Positions 38,316-50,600 of a stretch of 60,233 nt of DNA are shown piece after piece (position 1 is the stretch's first letter; each line of letters starts with the position of its first letter). Position numbers and translations under genes: made by a program. The notes under the pieces are model-generated. The model was not told the origin of the DNA, searched no databases, and was given only the letters and a program-made list of their open reading frames with translations. The DNA lies in the NCBI GenBank assembly GCA_020446905.1, contig JAGRDU010000016.1, positions 5,881 to 66,113 of the forward strand, given 5' to 3'. This stretch comes from Paracoccaceae bacterium. Its GTDB lineage: Bacteria; Pseudomonadota; Alphaproteobacteria; Rhodobacterales; Rhodobacteraceae.

Positions 38316-38343
38316 TGGATCACCTCCTTTCTCTGCGTTGCCG

Positions 38344-38379
38344 TTATCCACAGGCTGCCACAGATTCGGTGACTGTCAA
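38344..38379 (-). promoter_or_regulatory. Sigma70-type promoter overlapped by a perfect DnaA box
   Basis: TTGACA (38379-38374), 16 nt, CAGCCT; TTATCCACA at 38344-38352. Confidence 0.55.
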
Positions 38380-38385
38380 ATGAAT

Positions 38386-39009
38386 TTACGCGACTTTTTC
38401 GAGAAGCCGCGAAACCAGCAACCGGAACGGCACGAGTGCAACAATTGCGAGCGAAAGCTTGACAATCCAGTCCGCCGTGGCGAGCGAAACCCAGAGTGGC
38501 ACGACCGGACCGGACCCTAGAAGCGGCAACATCTCGCCCGCCCAGGTGACGTCGTTGGCCGGTTCCAGCCCGCTCAGCGCCGCCGAAAACGCCACGGTGA
38601 AGAAGATCGCGGTGTCGAGGGTCGAGCCGAAAAGGGTCGACACGAAGGGTGCGCGCCACCAGCTGCCGTCCCGCAGCCTGTTGAAGACATGCACGTCCGT
38701 CAGTTGCGCCACAAGGAACGCAAGGCCCGAGCCGAGCGCGATGCGCAGGGTCACGAGGGGGCCGAACTCTCCCATGATCTGCGTGCCGATCAGCGAGCAG
38801 ATCACCCCGACGACAAAGCCCGCGACGACGACCTTGCGCGCAGCGGCGGCGCCCTGGATGCGGTTCGTCAGGTCGGTGACGAGGAAGGCGAAGGGATAGG
38901 TGAAGGCGCCCCAGGTCAGCCATTTGCCGACAAGGAACTGCACGAGGATGTTCGAGGCCACAACGATGGCGGCCATGGCAAGAATGCCGGGAAGAAGCGA
39001 GCGCGTCAT
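38386..39009 (-). CDS. yhhQ: Queuosine precursor transporter (YhhQ/VUT family)
   Basis: VVASNILV, TWGAFTYPFAFLVTD, RIALGS..AFLVAQLTDV, DTAIFF..AF. Confidence 0.88.
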   Translation of the reverse strand: MTRSLLPGILAMAAIVVASNILVQFLVGKWLTWGAFTYPFAFLVTDLTNRIQGAAAARKVVVAGFVVGVICSLIGTQIMGEFGPLVTLRIALGSGLAFLVAQLTDVHVFNRLRDGSWWRAPFVSTLFGSTLDTAIFFTVAFSAALSGLEPANDVTWAGEMLPLLGSGPVVPLWVSLATADWIVKLSLAIVALVPFRLLVSRLLEKVA

Positions 39010-39015
39010 GTCTGA

Positions 39016-39044
39016 TCCGTTTTGACAAGGTGGCGGAGACTTGG
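39016..39044 (-). promoter_or_regulatory. Candidate preQ1-I-type riboswitch (compact pseudoknot)
   Basis: CCAAG-UCUCCGCCAC-CUUG-UCAAAA-CGGA: P1 CAAG/CUUG; loop UCCG pairs with CGGA (the SD); A-rich tail; immediately upstream of yhhQ. Confidence 0.6.
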
Positions 39045-39099
39045 CCCCGGCCCGTGCCGGAACGCGCGGCCTCTACGCGCTTGACCCGCCGCGGTCAAG

Positions 39100-39990
39100 T
39101 CACTCGGTCAGCTTCAGGTCGACAACCTCGGTCTTCTGCACCGGCAGGAAGTTGTCATCGGCGACCAAAGTCAGACGGACGGCGCCCGCAGGATCCTGCC
39201 AGACGGCGATGCCCTCGAGGTTGTCGTGCCAGCCGGGCTCGCTTTGCCAGATGACCTCATCCGACTGGATGGCCGTATCGGACAGCGTCAGCCGCCGCAC
39301 CCGGCTCGCGAACCCCAGTAGCGGCCAGAAGTCCCGTTCCAGCAGGTAAAGACGCCCGTCGGGGCCGAAATCGGCGCCGACCGGGTTCCAGTGCCCATCG
39401 CGCCGCAGCGTGAACGGCACCTCCCACCGCTCGCCCGTGCGCCGGTAGACAGGGGTATTTCCGCCTTTCGGCGGCACCTCGGGCAGAACAATCAGCCGGC
39501 CGGTGCCGTCGATCGCCAGCGCCTCGGCTCCGAGGTTCTCGGCAAAGGCCTTGAATGCCTCGGGCCAGTCCTCCGCGATCCAGTTCGTCCCGTCGGCGCT
39601 GTAATGTCCGATATGGTTCCGCGTCTCGAACGAGATGAAAAGGCTCCCGTCCGTCGCCAGCGCGATCCCCTCGGCATCGCGCGTCGGCTCCGAGAGAGGC
39701 TTGCCGTGATGCGACAGAAGCACTACCGGCGCCCCGGTTTCCGTTCCGGTGACCTGCCCCTCCGCGCCGCGCAGGAACCGACCCTCGAAAACCGTCCCGG
39801 AATCCGAAACCGCGACAAAGCCAAGCCCGTCCGGCGTCAGCTCCAGCCCCGAAATCCCGCCGAAAATCGGGCTCGCATCGGTCCAGATGTATCTACCGAC
39901 CAGCTCGGCGCGCATCCGGTCCGGCCAGGCGGGCGCCGCCGCGCCGAGGAGCCCGGCTGCGATCAGTCCGAGCGTAGAACCGAAGCGCAT
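39100..39990 (-). CDS. Esterase-like activity of phytase family protein, paralogue 2
   Basis: FGGISGL, VSDSG, DAEGIA, GAEALA, LYLLER, DNLEGI, VADDNF. Confidence 0.85.
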   Translation of the reverse strand: MRFGSTLGLIAAGLLGAAAPAWPDRMRAELVGRYIWTDASPIFGGISGLELTPDGLGFVAVSDSGTVFEGRFLRGAEGQVTGTETGAPVVLLSHHGKPLSEPTRDAEGIALATDGSLFISFETRNHIGHYSADGTNWIAEDWPEAFKAFAENLGAEALAIDGTGRLIVLPEVPPKGGNTPVYRRTGERWEVPFTLRRDGHWNPVGADFGPDGRLYLLERDFWPLLGFASRVRRLTLSDTAIQSDEVIWQSEPGWHDNLEGIAVWQDPAGAVRLTLVADDNFLPVQKTEVVDLKLTE

Positions 39991-40853
39991 TGTCTTGGCA
40001 GATCGGACATCGTGTATTCCCGCGCGGTCTTGGGCCGGGGCTTGATCGGTTTCTTCGGTTTCGGCGGGTGCCGCAGCTCCTCAAGGTAGGTCGTCACCCA
40101 CCAAGTCAGCGTCTCGTCGCAGCCATTGCCGCCCTTGGAAAGCTCGGCGACCGAGGGTTTCTGTGTCTCGCAGCGGGACGATCCGGCGGGGCATTTGAGG
40201 CGCACATGAAAATGCGTGTCATGACCGTAAATCGGACGGATCTTCTGCAGCCAGGCCGTGTCGGCGGGGCGGGCGGTCTGGCACATCGCAATCTTCACCG
40301 CCGCCGCGACGAAGATCCGGTCGACCCGCGGGTCCGAGGCCGCCGCCTTCAGCAGTGCCTGATGTGTGCGCGTCCAGTTGCCGTTGATCCGCGTCTGATC
40401 CGCGGTCCGGACCGAGATCGAACTGATGCTCTCGCGCTCCGCCCGGCTGAGGTTGACGCGCGCCGGCGGCAGCATCCAGATATCGGCATCGAGACCGATC
40501 TGGTGACTCGCATGACCCGTCTTCATGGGCCCGCCGCGCGGCTGGCTCATGTCGCCGATGTAAAGCCCGGCCCAGCCTAGCTGCCGCGCGGTGGCCGAAA
40601 GGTCAGCGAGATACTGCACCAGCGCCGGATGTCCCCAGTTGCGATTGCGGCTGAGCCGCATCGCCTGCCAGGTCGGACCGGTCTCGGGCAATTGCACGAG
40701 GCCGGCGGCACATCCCTTGGCATAGCTGCCGTAGACCTGCGGCTTGCCGCCCGTTGCCACCTTCTGCGCCCCGAAAAGGTCCTTCGCGAGCGGCGCCGCA
40801 AGCACCGGCCCGGCAAGGACCAGTGCAAGCGAGACAATCAGGGCGCGAATCAT
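39963..40853 (-). CDS. mepA: Penicillin-insensitive murein endopeptidase
   Basis: YGSYAKGC, RNRNWGHP, GHASHQIGLDADIW, GHDTHFHVRLKCP. Confidence 0.93.
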   Translation of the reverse strand: MIRALIVSLALVLAGPVLAAPLAKDLFGAQKVATGGKPQVYGSYAKGCAAGLVQLPETGPTWQAMRLSRNRNWGHPALVQYLADLSATARQLGWAGLYIGDMSQPRGGPMKTGHASHQIGLDADIWMLPPARVNLSRAERESISSISVRTADQTRINGNWTRTHQALLKAAASDPRVDRIFVAAAVKIAMCQTARPADTAWLQKIRPIYGHDTHFHVRLKCPAGSSRCETQKPSVAELSKGGNGCDETLTWWVTTYLEELRHPPKPKKPIKPRPKTAREYTMSDLPRQCASVLRSD

Positions 40854-42217
40854 TTCGGCCCCCGTTCGCCTTGCGGATCGACCCGCAGAAGAAGGACGAG
40901 CCCGATTGCGAACAACAGGACAAGCGGCGCGATGCCAAGCCGCGCACTTCCGAGCGAGGTCGTGGCAACGGTGATGAGCGCGGGCGCCAGGAACGCGGTC
41001 GCCTTGCCCGAAAGCCCGTAGAACCCGAAATCGCCAGCCGCGTCCTCCTCGGTCGTGTGATAGACCATCAGCGTCCGGCTTGCCGCCTGAGCGATGCCGC
41101 CGGCTGCGCCGATGACCACGCCGCAGCCGTAGAACACTGCGTCCGGCACCGGCGAGCCTTCAGGCAGGATCATCCCGAAGAAGCTGTCGGGGGTCAGGTT
41201 CATCATTACGATGATGACGAGCGCAAGGACGATCACCGCGACCACGATCACCGGCTTCGGCCCGATCCGCGAGTCGAGCTTGCCCCCCGCCCAGGAGGCG
41301 ATCGTCGCCGCGATGGCGGCGATGATGCCGAAGGTGCCGCTCTGGATCACGGTCCAGCCCATGACGTTGGAGGCGAAGGCCCCGCCCAGCGCATAGGTCG
41401 CGTTCAGCGCATCGCGGTAGAACATCGACCCGATCAGGAAGGCCAGAAGGCTCGGCCGCTGTTTCAGCCCCTTCAGCGCGGTGCCCAGCACGGCAAGGCT
41501 TTCGCCGACCTTGCGGCCCCCCCGGGTGAGCGGCTCGCGCACCCAGAGGAAGAAAGGCACCATGAAGACGATGTACCAGATCGCGGTGAAGGGGCCGACA
41601 GCGCGCGTTCCCTCGCGTGTGGCCGGATCAAGGCCGAAGGCCGGAGAGAGCCCGATCAGCGTCTTTCCGGTCTTGGCATCCTCGGCGAAGAAGAGAAGGA
41701 AGATGAAAAGCGCGATCACCCCGCCGAGATAACCGAAGGCGAACCCGGTGCCCGAGACGCGTCCGATGTCCTCGTGCGTGGTCAGCGAGGGCATCAGCGC
41801 GTTGGTGAAGTTCGTGGCCAGCTCCATCCCGATGAAGCCGAACGAAAACCAGAAGGCCGACCAGAAAAGCGTCGGCATTTCGGGCAGCGTCCACCACAGG
41901 ATGAACGCGCCGACCACATACATCACCGAAAAGAGCCAGATCCACGGCATCTTCCGGCCGCGCCCGTCGGCAACGACACCGAGAACCGGAGCCAGAATCG
42001 CGATGATGATCCCGGTGACCGTCTGCGCGCCGGTCCAGTAGGCCTGCGAGCTGGCCTGAGCGAGCTCCTGGGACTGGCCGAGCGCGGTGAAATGCGCGCG
42101 CGCGACCTCGGCGAAATAGGGGCCGAAGCTGAAGGTCAGAAGAAGGGTGTTGTAGGGCTGGCTCGCCCAGTCGAAGAACCACCAGCCCCAGATGCGCTTC
42201 TTCGCCGATACTGTCAT
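40850..42217 (-). CDS. MFS transporter (UMF1/Atg22-like)
   Basis: GWWFFDWASQPY, multiple TM segments, GFYGLSGKATAFLAP; ATG at 42217. Confidence 0.85.
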   Translation of the reverse strand: MTVSAKKRIWGWWFFDWASQPYNTLLLTFSFGPYFAEVARAHFTALGQSQELAQASSQAYWTGAQTVTGIIIAILAPVLGVVADGRGRKMPWIWLFSVMYVVGAFILWWTLPEMPTLFWSAFWFSFGFIGMELATNFTNALMPSLTTHEDIGRVSGTGFAFGYLGGVIALFIFLLFFAEDAKTGKTLIGLSPAFGLDPATREGTRAVGPFTAIWYIVFMVPFFLWVREPLTRGGRKVGESLAVLGTALKGLKQRPSLLAFLIGSMFYRDALNATYALGGAFASNVMGWTVIQSGTFGIIAAIAATIASWAGGKLDSRIGPKPVIVVAVIVLALVIIVMMNLTPDSFFGMILPEGSPVPDAVFYGCGVVIGAAGGIAQAASRTLMVYHTTEEDAAGDFGFYGLSGKATAFLAPALITVATTSLGSARLGIAPLVLLFAIGLVLLLRVDPQGERGPK

Positions 42218-42309
42218 CGCCTGCCCCTCGCGTTCGCGGCGATGAAGCCCGAAATCCGCTCCGCGCGCAAGCTTCCGGGGCCGCCACACGCCGGGAAAGG
42301 TGCCGCCGC

Positions 42310-42840
42310 CTACCGAACGGGCGGCCAAGGCCGTTCCGCATCCGCTGCGATCCAGGCGAGCGCCCAGTCCGGCAGCGACGGGCTCTGCCCCTCATGGCCA
42401 ATCGCGGCGAGCACCTCGGACGGCGGCACGATCCCGCCCTTCGAAGTCACGGCAGAGCGCAGCAGCATGTGGCTCGTGCACTCGCCCTTCCGCCACATGC
42501 TCTGCTCCATGTAGATGAAGCGCGCGTCCCAGCCGATGCAGCGGCTGACCATCTCGAGCCGGTCGAACATCACCACGCGGCGGCGGTAGCGCGTCGTATT
42601 GCCCGCGACGGTGATGCCCCAGCGCTTGGTCTTCAGGATCGGCAACAGACCCGTCCGCATCGCCATCGGCACCCGGCCGAGATCGTAAAGCGTCAGCGTG
42701 CGCCCGTTGTTCAGCTCGAACCAGAAATCGAGGTCCCAGGGCCAGCAGATGTGCTGCGAGATATGCGGCTCGAGAAGCCCGAGCGGCGGCGCCTTGCGGT
42801 TCACCCAGATCTCTTTCGCCATTCTGACAAAGGGATACAT
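42310..42840 (-). CDS. Hotdog-fold acyl-CoA thioesterase family protein
   Basis: CWPWDLDFWFELNNGRTLTLYDLGR; ATG at 42840. Confidence 0.82.
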   Translation of the reverse strand: MYPFVRMAKEIWVNRKAPPLGLLEPHISQHICWPWDLDFWFELNNGRTLTLYDLGRVPMAMRTGLLPILKTKRWGITVAGNTTRYRRRVVMFDRLEMVSRCIGWDARFIYMEQSMWRKGECTSHMLLRSAVTSKGGIVPPSEVLAAIGHEGQSPSLPDWALAWIAADAERPWPPVR

Positions 42841-42977
42841 TGGCCGCACCTTTCGCTTGGATGGCTCACCGATGGCGAAGCCATCCCCGCAGGTCAACCT
42901 GCGACGTTGCGTTAGACGGTTGCGGAGCGACCCCGCGCAGCTTACCTCTGGTCGGACTGCAAAGACCGGAGAGACGC

Positions 42978-43271
42978 ATGGGTTCGCTGTTCGAAGCGCT
43001 GATGATCATTCTCAACGTGGTCTGGTTCATCATGATCGCGCATATCATCATGTCCTGGCTCATCGGATTTCAGGTGCTGAACACGCGCCAGCCGATCGTA
43101 GCGCAGATCTGGTACGGCCTGAACCGCCTCCTTGAACCCATCTATGCGCCGATCCGGAACTTCCTGCCCTCGACGCCGGGCCTCGACCTCGCCCCGCTCG
43201 TGGCCTTCGTCGTGCTTCTCATCGTCCAGCGCGTGCTCGTCAACAACGCCGGATTCTTCTACGGCTTCTGA
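42978..43271 (+). CDS. yggT: YggT family membrane protein
   Basis: IMSWLI...LLEPIYAPIRNFLP...LDLAPLV; GGAGAG RBS. Confidence 0.9.
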   Translation: MGSLFEALMIILNVVWFIMIAHIIMSWLIGFQVLNTRQPIVAQIWYGLNRLLEPIYAPIRNFLPSTPGLDLAPLVAFVVLLIVQRVLVNNAGFFYGF

Positions 43272-43327
43272 GCCTTGCGCCTGCACGATCCCCGTGACAG
43301 GGTCGCCGAAAACGAGCAGCCCAGCAC

Positions 43328-45369
<2,042 letters not shown>

Positions 45370-45373
<4 letters not shown>

Positions 45374-47547
45374 CCCTCCTCGCCGTCCGGCACGGCCGGG
45401 CGGGCCTCGGGCGGGCAGAATTCGGCGATCCGGGCCAGGATCGCCGCCTTCTTCAGGGGCTTCGTCAGGTAATGGTCGATCCCGGCGGCAAGGATCGAAA
45501 CCTCGTCGCCGTCCATCGCGTGGGCCGTCAGCGCGACAATCGGAACGCGCGGGCCGCCCCGCGCCGCCTCCTCGGCCCGGATCGCGCGCGCGGCCTCGCG
45601 CCCGTCCATCTCGGGCATCGAGATATCCATGAAGATCATGTCCGGCGCCCCGCTCCGCCACAGCTCGACCGCCTCGCGGCCATTGCCGGCAAACACAAGC
45701 TCGATGTCGCAGCCGCCGACCATCTTGCGGAAGACGAGCTGGTTGGTGCGGTTGTCCTCGGCCGCGAGCACCCGCATCGCGCGCGCCTCGCGCGGGGCGG
45801 GCGGTGGCGCGGCGGGTACCTTTGCCTCGAGCTCGGGCACGCGCGGATAGGAAAGGTCCTGCAGCACCTTCAGGAGTTGGCTGCGGAGCACAGGCTTGCG
45901 CAGGACGGCGGTCGCGCCGGGCCAGTCGCCGGCCACCTCACCATCCGAAGACAGGAGCAGCACCGGGGCGACCGTGCCGCCCTTGCCCGGGATCGCCGGG
46001 CAGGGACTTTCGGCCAAGCCGTCCGCGTCGAGAAACACGACGTCGAACGCCTCGCCAGCATGTGCCTGCGCCTCGGCGAGGGACCGCGCGCAGATCACCG
46101 AAAGCCCGTAGCTTTCAAGCTGCCGCACAAGGATATCGCGGCCGATCTGCGCCTCTTCGATCAGAACCGCGCGGCGTAGCAGGATCGGCCGCGCCGGCCC
46201 GCCATCTGGGTCAGCGCCCTCGGCGGCAGCAAGCGGCAGGCGGAAGCCGAAGCATGACCCCTTGCCGGGCTCGCTGTCCACCCAGATCGTGCCGCCCATC
46301 AGCGTGACGAGTTGCTTGGTGATCGCGAGGCCAAGCCCGGTGCCCTCGAACTTGCGGTTGCTCTGATCCTCGACCTGGTTGAATTCGCCGAAGATATGCT
46401 CGACGAGGTCGGGCGGAATCCCGATGCCGGTGTCCTCGATCGTCACATGCAGATCGAACCGGCCATCTCCAGCCTCAAAGCCGACCACCCGCGCCAGGAC
46501 ATGGCCCGCGCCGGTGAACTTCACCGCGTTGCCGATGAGGTTGGTCAGGATCTGCCGCATCCGCCCCGGATCTGCGACAAAGCGCGTCGGCAGGAAGAGG
46601 TCGAAATCGACGATCAGCTTCAGCCCCTTCTCGCGCGCCAGCGGTTGAAGCAGCAGCATCACCTCATGAAGGCAACGTTCGAGATCGAAGGGCTCGGGGT
46701 ACAGCCGCAGCTTCTCGGCCTCGATCTTGGAATAGTCGAGGACATCGTTGATGATGACCAGAAGCGCCTCGCCCGAGGATTTGATCGTCTCGGCGAAAAG
46801 GCGCTGTTCCTCGGTCAGGCTCGTGTCGCAGAGAAGCTCGGCCATGCCGACGACGCCGTTCATCGGGGTGCGGATCTCGTGGCTCATGTTGGCAAGGAAG
46901 GCCGACTTGGCGCGGCTCGCCGCCTCGGCCTTCGATCGCGCTTCCTCAAGCTCGGCCTCGCGCCGCATCGCCTCGGTGATGTCGAGTGCCATCGAGACAA
47001 GATCGCCCGCCGCACCGCGCCGGTCGAGGAAACGGATGTGGCGGCCGTCGATGAGCCCGACCACCTCGGGCACGATGTCATCGCTCTGAAGCCGCGCGGC
47101 CATCTCGTGCCGCCAGTCGAGCACGGCCTCTCCGGAGAGCCCGGCGACCCGATCAGACAGGGCGGCGATCACCTCGTGATATTGCGCGCCAAGCGCGATT
47201 CCTTGCCCGTCGAAGAGGTCGAGATAGGCACCGTTCGCCGCAATCAGCCGGCCCGTCGGATCGAAGACGGCGAACCCGTCCTCGATCGTCTCGACCGCTT
47301 CCCAGAGCCGCCGCTGCGCCAGCGCCGCCTCGACCGTTGCCCGCTCGAGCGAGGTCTGGACGCGCGTGTTCTCGCCCTTCAGGACCTCGGTTTCCTGCCG
47401 CTGCGCGACGATCTGGTCCGACAGGCGCCGGGCATGGACGGAAAGCTGCGAGTTGGCGGCGAAGAGTTCGCGCTGCTTCTGGTCGAGAAGCCGCTCTGCC
47501 GCAAGCCGGGCCCGCCGCTCGCGCGCGAGTTTTTCCGCAAAGCTCAC
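45370..47547 (-). CDS. Cytoplasmic hybrid sensor histidine kinase/response regulator (coiled coil, PAS-like, HisKA, HATPase, two receiver-like domains)
   Basis: [48 protein letters not shown]; AGGAGA RBS before GTG at 47547. Confidence 0.88.
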
Positions 47548-47696
47548 GCCCACGTCTCCTGCCGATGCCGCCCCGTCCGCGCGCACCATCCAACGTTCCG
47601 GTGAAGGAAGATTTAAACGCACCCCATCCCGCCACCTTGCCAAGAAACCGCGCGGCATGAGACGATCCCCTCATTGCCGGACCAAAGGAGTTTTCG

Positions 47697-50600
47697 ATGC
47701 GCCGCCTGTACCTTGCCGCCCTTCTGGTCCTTGCCACCGCCGGCGCCGGGATCGCGCAGGAGCGCGACTACATTCCCGACCGCCGCGCCGTCCTGATCGA
47801 AGGCGTCGATTTCCCCGGCGCCGATCTTTCCCCGCAGTTCGACGTCACCTTCGAGGCCTGCGAAGCCGCCTGCCGCGCCGATGCCGCCTGCACGGCCTTC
47901 ACCTACAATCGCCGCGCAAGTGCCTGTTTTCCAAAATCCTCGGTCAGTGGCGAGGCCCCCTATCAGGGTGCGATATCCGGCTGGATGCGGACGACAGACG
48001 CCACCGCGCTTGCGGCGGCGCCGGATCGCGCAGTCGAGCTTGGCTTCCTCCGGCCCGAGGATTTCGATGCCGCGCTTGCCCAGGCCAACGGTCTCGGCGC
48101 CGAACATATCGCGGGCAGCGCCACCGAAGCCGAGCTTCTGGAGGCCGCCGCCGCCGCCCGCGCCTCGGGCAATGCGGAGGGGACGATGCGCCTGACCGGC
48201 GCCGCGCTGACGCTGACCGATGACGCCGGCCTCTGGTCAGACTATGCCGAGGCGCTTCTGGCGATCCCGACCAGCGACGGTGCAGTCCGTGAAGGCTATG
48301 CGAACCGGGCCGCGAGCAGCGCGATCAACGCCTTTCTGCGGAGCGCCGGCACCGCGCAGCGCGCCACCGCCGCCGTCATCCTCGCCCGCGCGTTCGAAGC
48401 CGTCGGCCGTGGCAGGGACATGATCCCCGCGCTGCGTCTGGCCCAATCGCTGCAGCCGCGCGACGATACCGCCGCGATGCTGGACGACGCGATCGGCAAA
48501 TACGGCTTCCGCGTCGCCGAGACTCAGGTGGAAAGCGACAGCGCCACCCCCCGGATCTGCGTGACCTTCACCGAAGAGCTTGCGAAGACGGGGACCGACT
48601 ACGCGACATTCGTGAAACTGCCGGAGGCCGGCCTCAGCGTCGATGCGTCGGGCAACCAGATCTGCGTCGGCGGTCTGAAACACGGCGCACGCTATGCGAT
48701 CACCTTCCGCGAGGGCCTTCCCGCCGCCTCGGGCGAGGCGATGGGGAAGGACGTGACCATCACCCAGTATGTACGCGACCGCGCCCCCACCGTCAGTTTC
48801 CCGGGCCGCGCCTATGTGCTGCCGAAACTGGGCTCGACCGGCATCCCGGTCGTGACGGTCAACGCCAAGACGCTCGACCTCACGCTGTTGCGGCTCTCCG
48901 ACCGCAACCTCATCCGCGCCATGCAGGCCGACTATTTCGGGCGCCCGCTCGACTACTGGTCATCCGAGGCGCTCAAGGGCGAGGTGACGGAAGAGGTCTG
49001 GACCGGCACCGGCGAGGTTACCGGCGAGGTGAACCGCGACACGACGACGCTTTTGCCGCTGGCGGACGCGATGGAGGACCTTGGCCCGGGCATCTATGCG
49101 CTGCAGGCGGCAATTCCGGGGCGCGATCCCTACGACAACCCCGCCGCGACCCAGTGGTTCGTCATCTCCGACCTCGGGCTGACGGCGATGGAGGGGGCGG
49201 ACGGTCTTCATGTCTTCGTGCGGGAGCTGTCGGATGCGGCAGCCGTCGAGGGCGTCACCGCGACGCTGGTGAACCGCGCCAACGCGGTGATCGGCAGTGC
49301 GATGACGGATGCCGAGGGCTACGCGCATTTCGCCGCCGGGCTGACCGCCGGAACCGGCGGCGCGGCCCCGGCGCTGGTGACGGTCGAGAAGGGCGACGAC
49401 ATGGCGTTCCTGTCGCTTTCGGAGGCGGAGTTCGACCTTTCGGATCGCGGCGTCACCGGGCGCGAGGCCGCGCCGCCGATCGACGTGTTCCTCTCGACCG
49501 ACCGCGGCGCCTACCGCGCCGGCGAGACGGTCAATGCGACGATCCTCGCCCGTGACGCGCAGATGGCGGCGCTGGACGGGCTGCCGATGACAGCGCGGCT
49601 GATCCGGCCCGATGGCGTCGAATATTCCCGCACGCTTCTGACTCCGGCTGGCGCCGGCGGCTTCACCGCCTCCCTGCCGCTTGCCGGCAACGCCCCGCGC
49701 GGCACATGGCGGATCGAGAGCTTCGTCGAGGACAAGACCGTGCTCGCCGCGCAGAGCTTCCTTGTCGAAGACTTCCTGCCGGAACGCATCGATTTTGCGC
49801 TCGCCCTTCCCGAGGGGGCTCTGCGCCTTTCGGACGTGCCCACGCTCTCGGTTGACGCGCGCTACCTCTTCGGCGCGCCCGGCGCCGGGCTGGCGATGGA
49901 GGGCGATCTGCGGCTGACGGCCCTTACCGCGCTGGAGGCCTTCCCGGGCTACAGTTTCGGCAAGTACGACGAGCCCTTCTCGCCCTTCCGCGACAGCCTT
50001 TACGGCGCGACCGAGACCGATGCGGAGGGTCACGCCGAGGTGCCGGTCAGCTTCCCCGACCTTGGCGATACGGCAAACCGCCCGCTTGAGGCGCGGCTGA
50101 CCGTCCGCCTCAAGGAAGGCTCGGGCCGACCCGTGGAGCGTGACATCACCCGCCGCATCCTTCCCGATGCGCCGGTCATCGGCATCAAGCCCGCCTTCGC
50201 CGAAGGTACGGTGCCCGAGGGCGCGGCGGCCGAGTTCAACCTGATTGCGGTGGGTCCGGACGAAAAGCCCGCCGCCCGCAAGGTGCACTGGACGGTCAAC
50301 CGGATCGAGACGAACTACCAGTGGTATTCCCTCTACGGGCAGTGGAACTGGGAGGTGACGACCACCCGGTCCCGCGTGGCCGAGGGCGACGCGTCGCTGA
50401 CGCCCGAGGCGCCGGTGAGCGTCTCCGCCCCGGTGGAATGGGGGAATTACGAGATCGTGGTCGAGGCGACGGACGGCACCTATACCGCGACGTCACAAGA
50501 GTTCTACGCGGGTTGGTATGTGCCCGCCGACGCCTCGGAAACGCCCGACAAGCTGACTGTCGCGCTTGACAAGCAGGCTTACCGGCCGGGCGACACCGCG

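Larger units (their letters stand above)
38145..38345 (-). ncRNA. Candidate structured small RNA or small-peptide mRNA
   Basis: Own TTGACA promoter (38374-38379), nested inverted repeats, terminator, 18-nt complement to the 16S 3' end. Confidence 0.55.

Noticed and set aside
38315-38332. 16S rRNA gene or remnant
   Set aside because: The match is limited to 18 nt; the flanks lack the conserved upstream helix 45 sequence (GTAACAAGGTAGCCGTAGGGGAACCTGCGG) and any ITS/tRNA
38303-39028. 241-aa minus-strand ORF spanning yhhQ
   Set aside because: Alternative frame overlapping the well-supported yhhQ; no motifs
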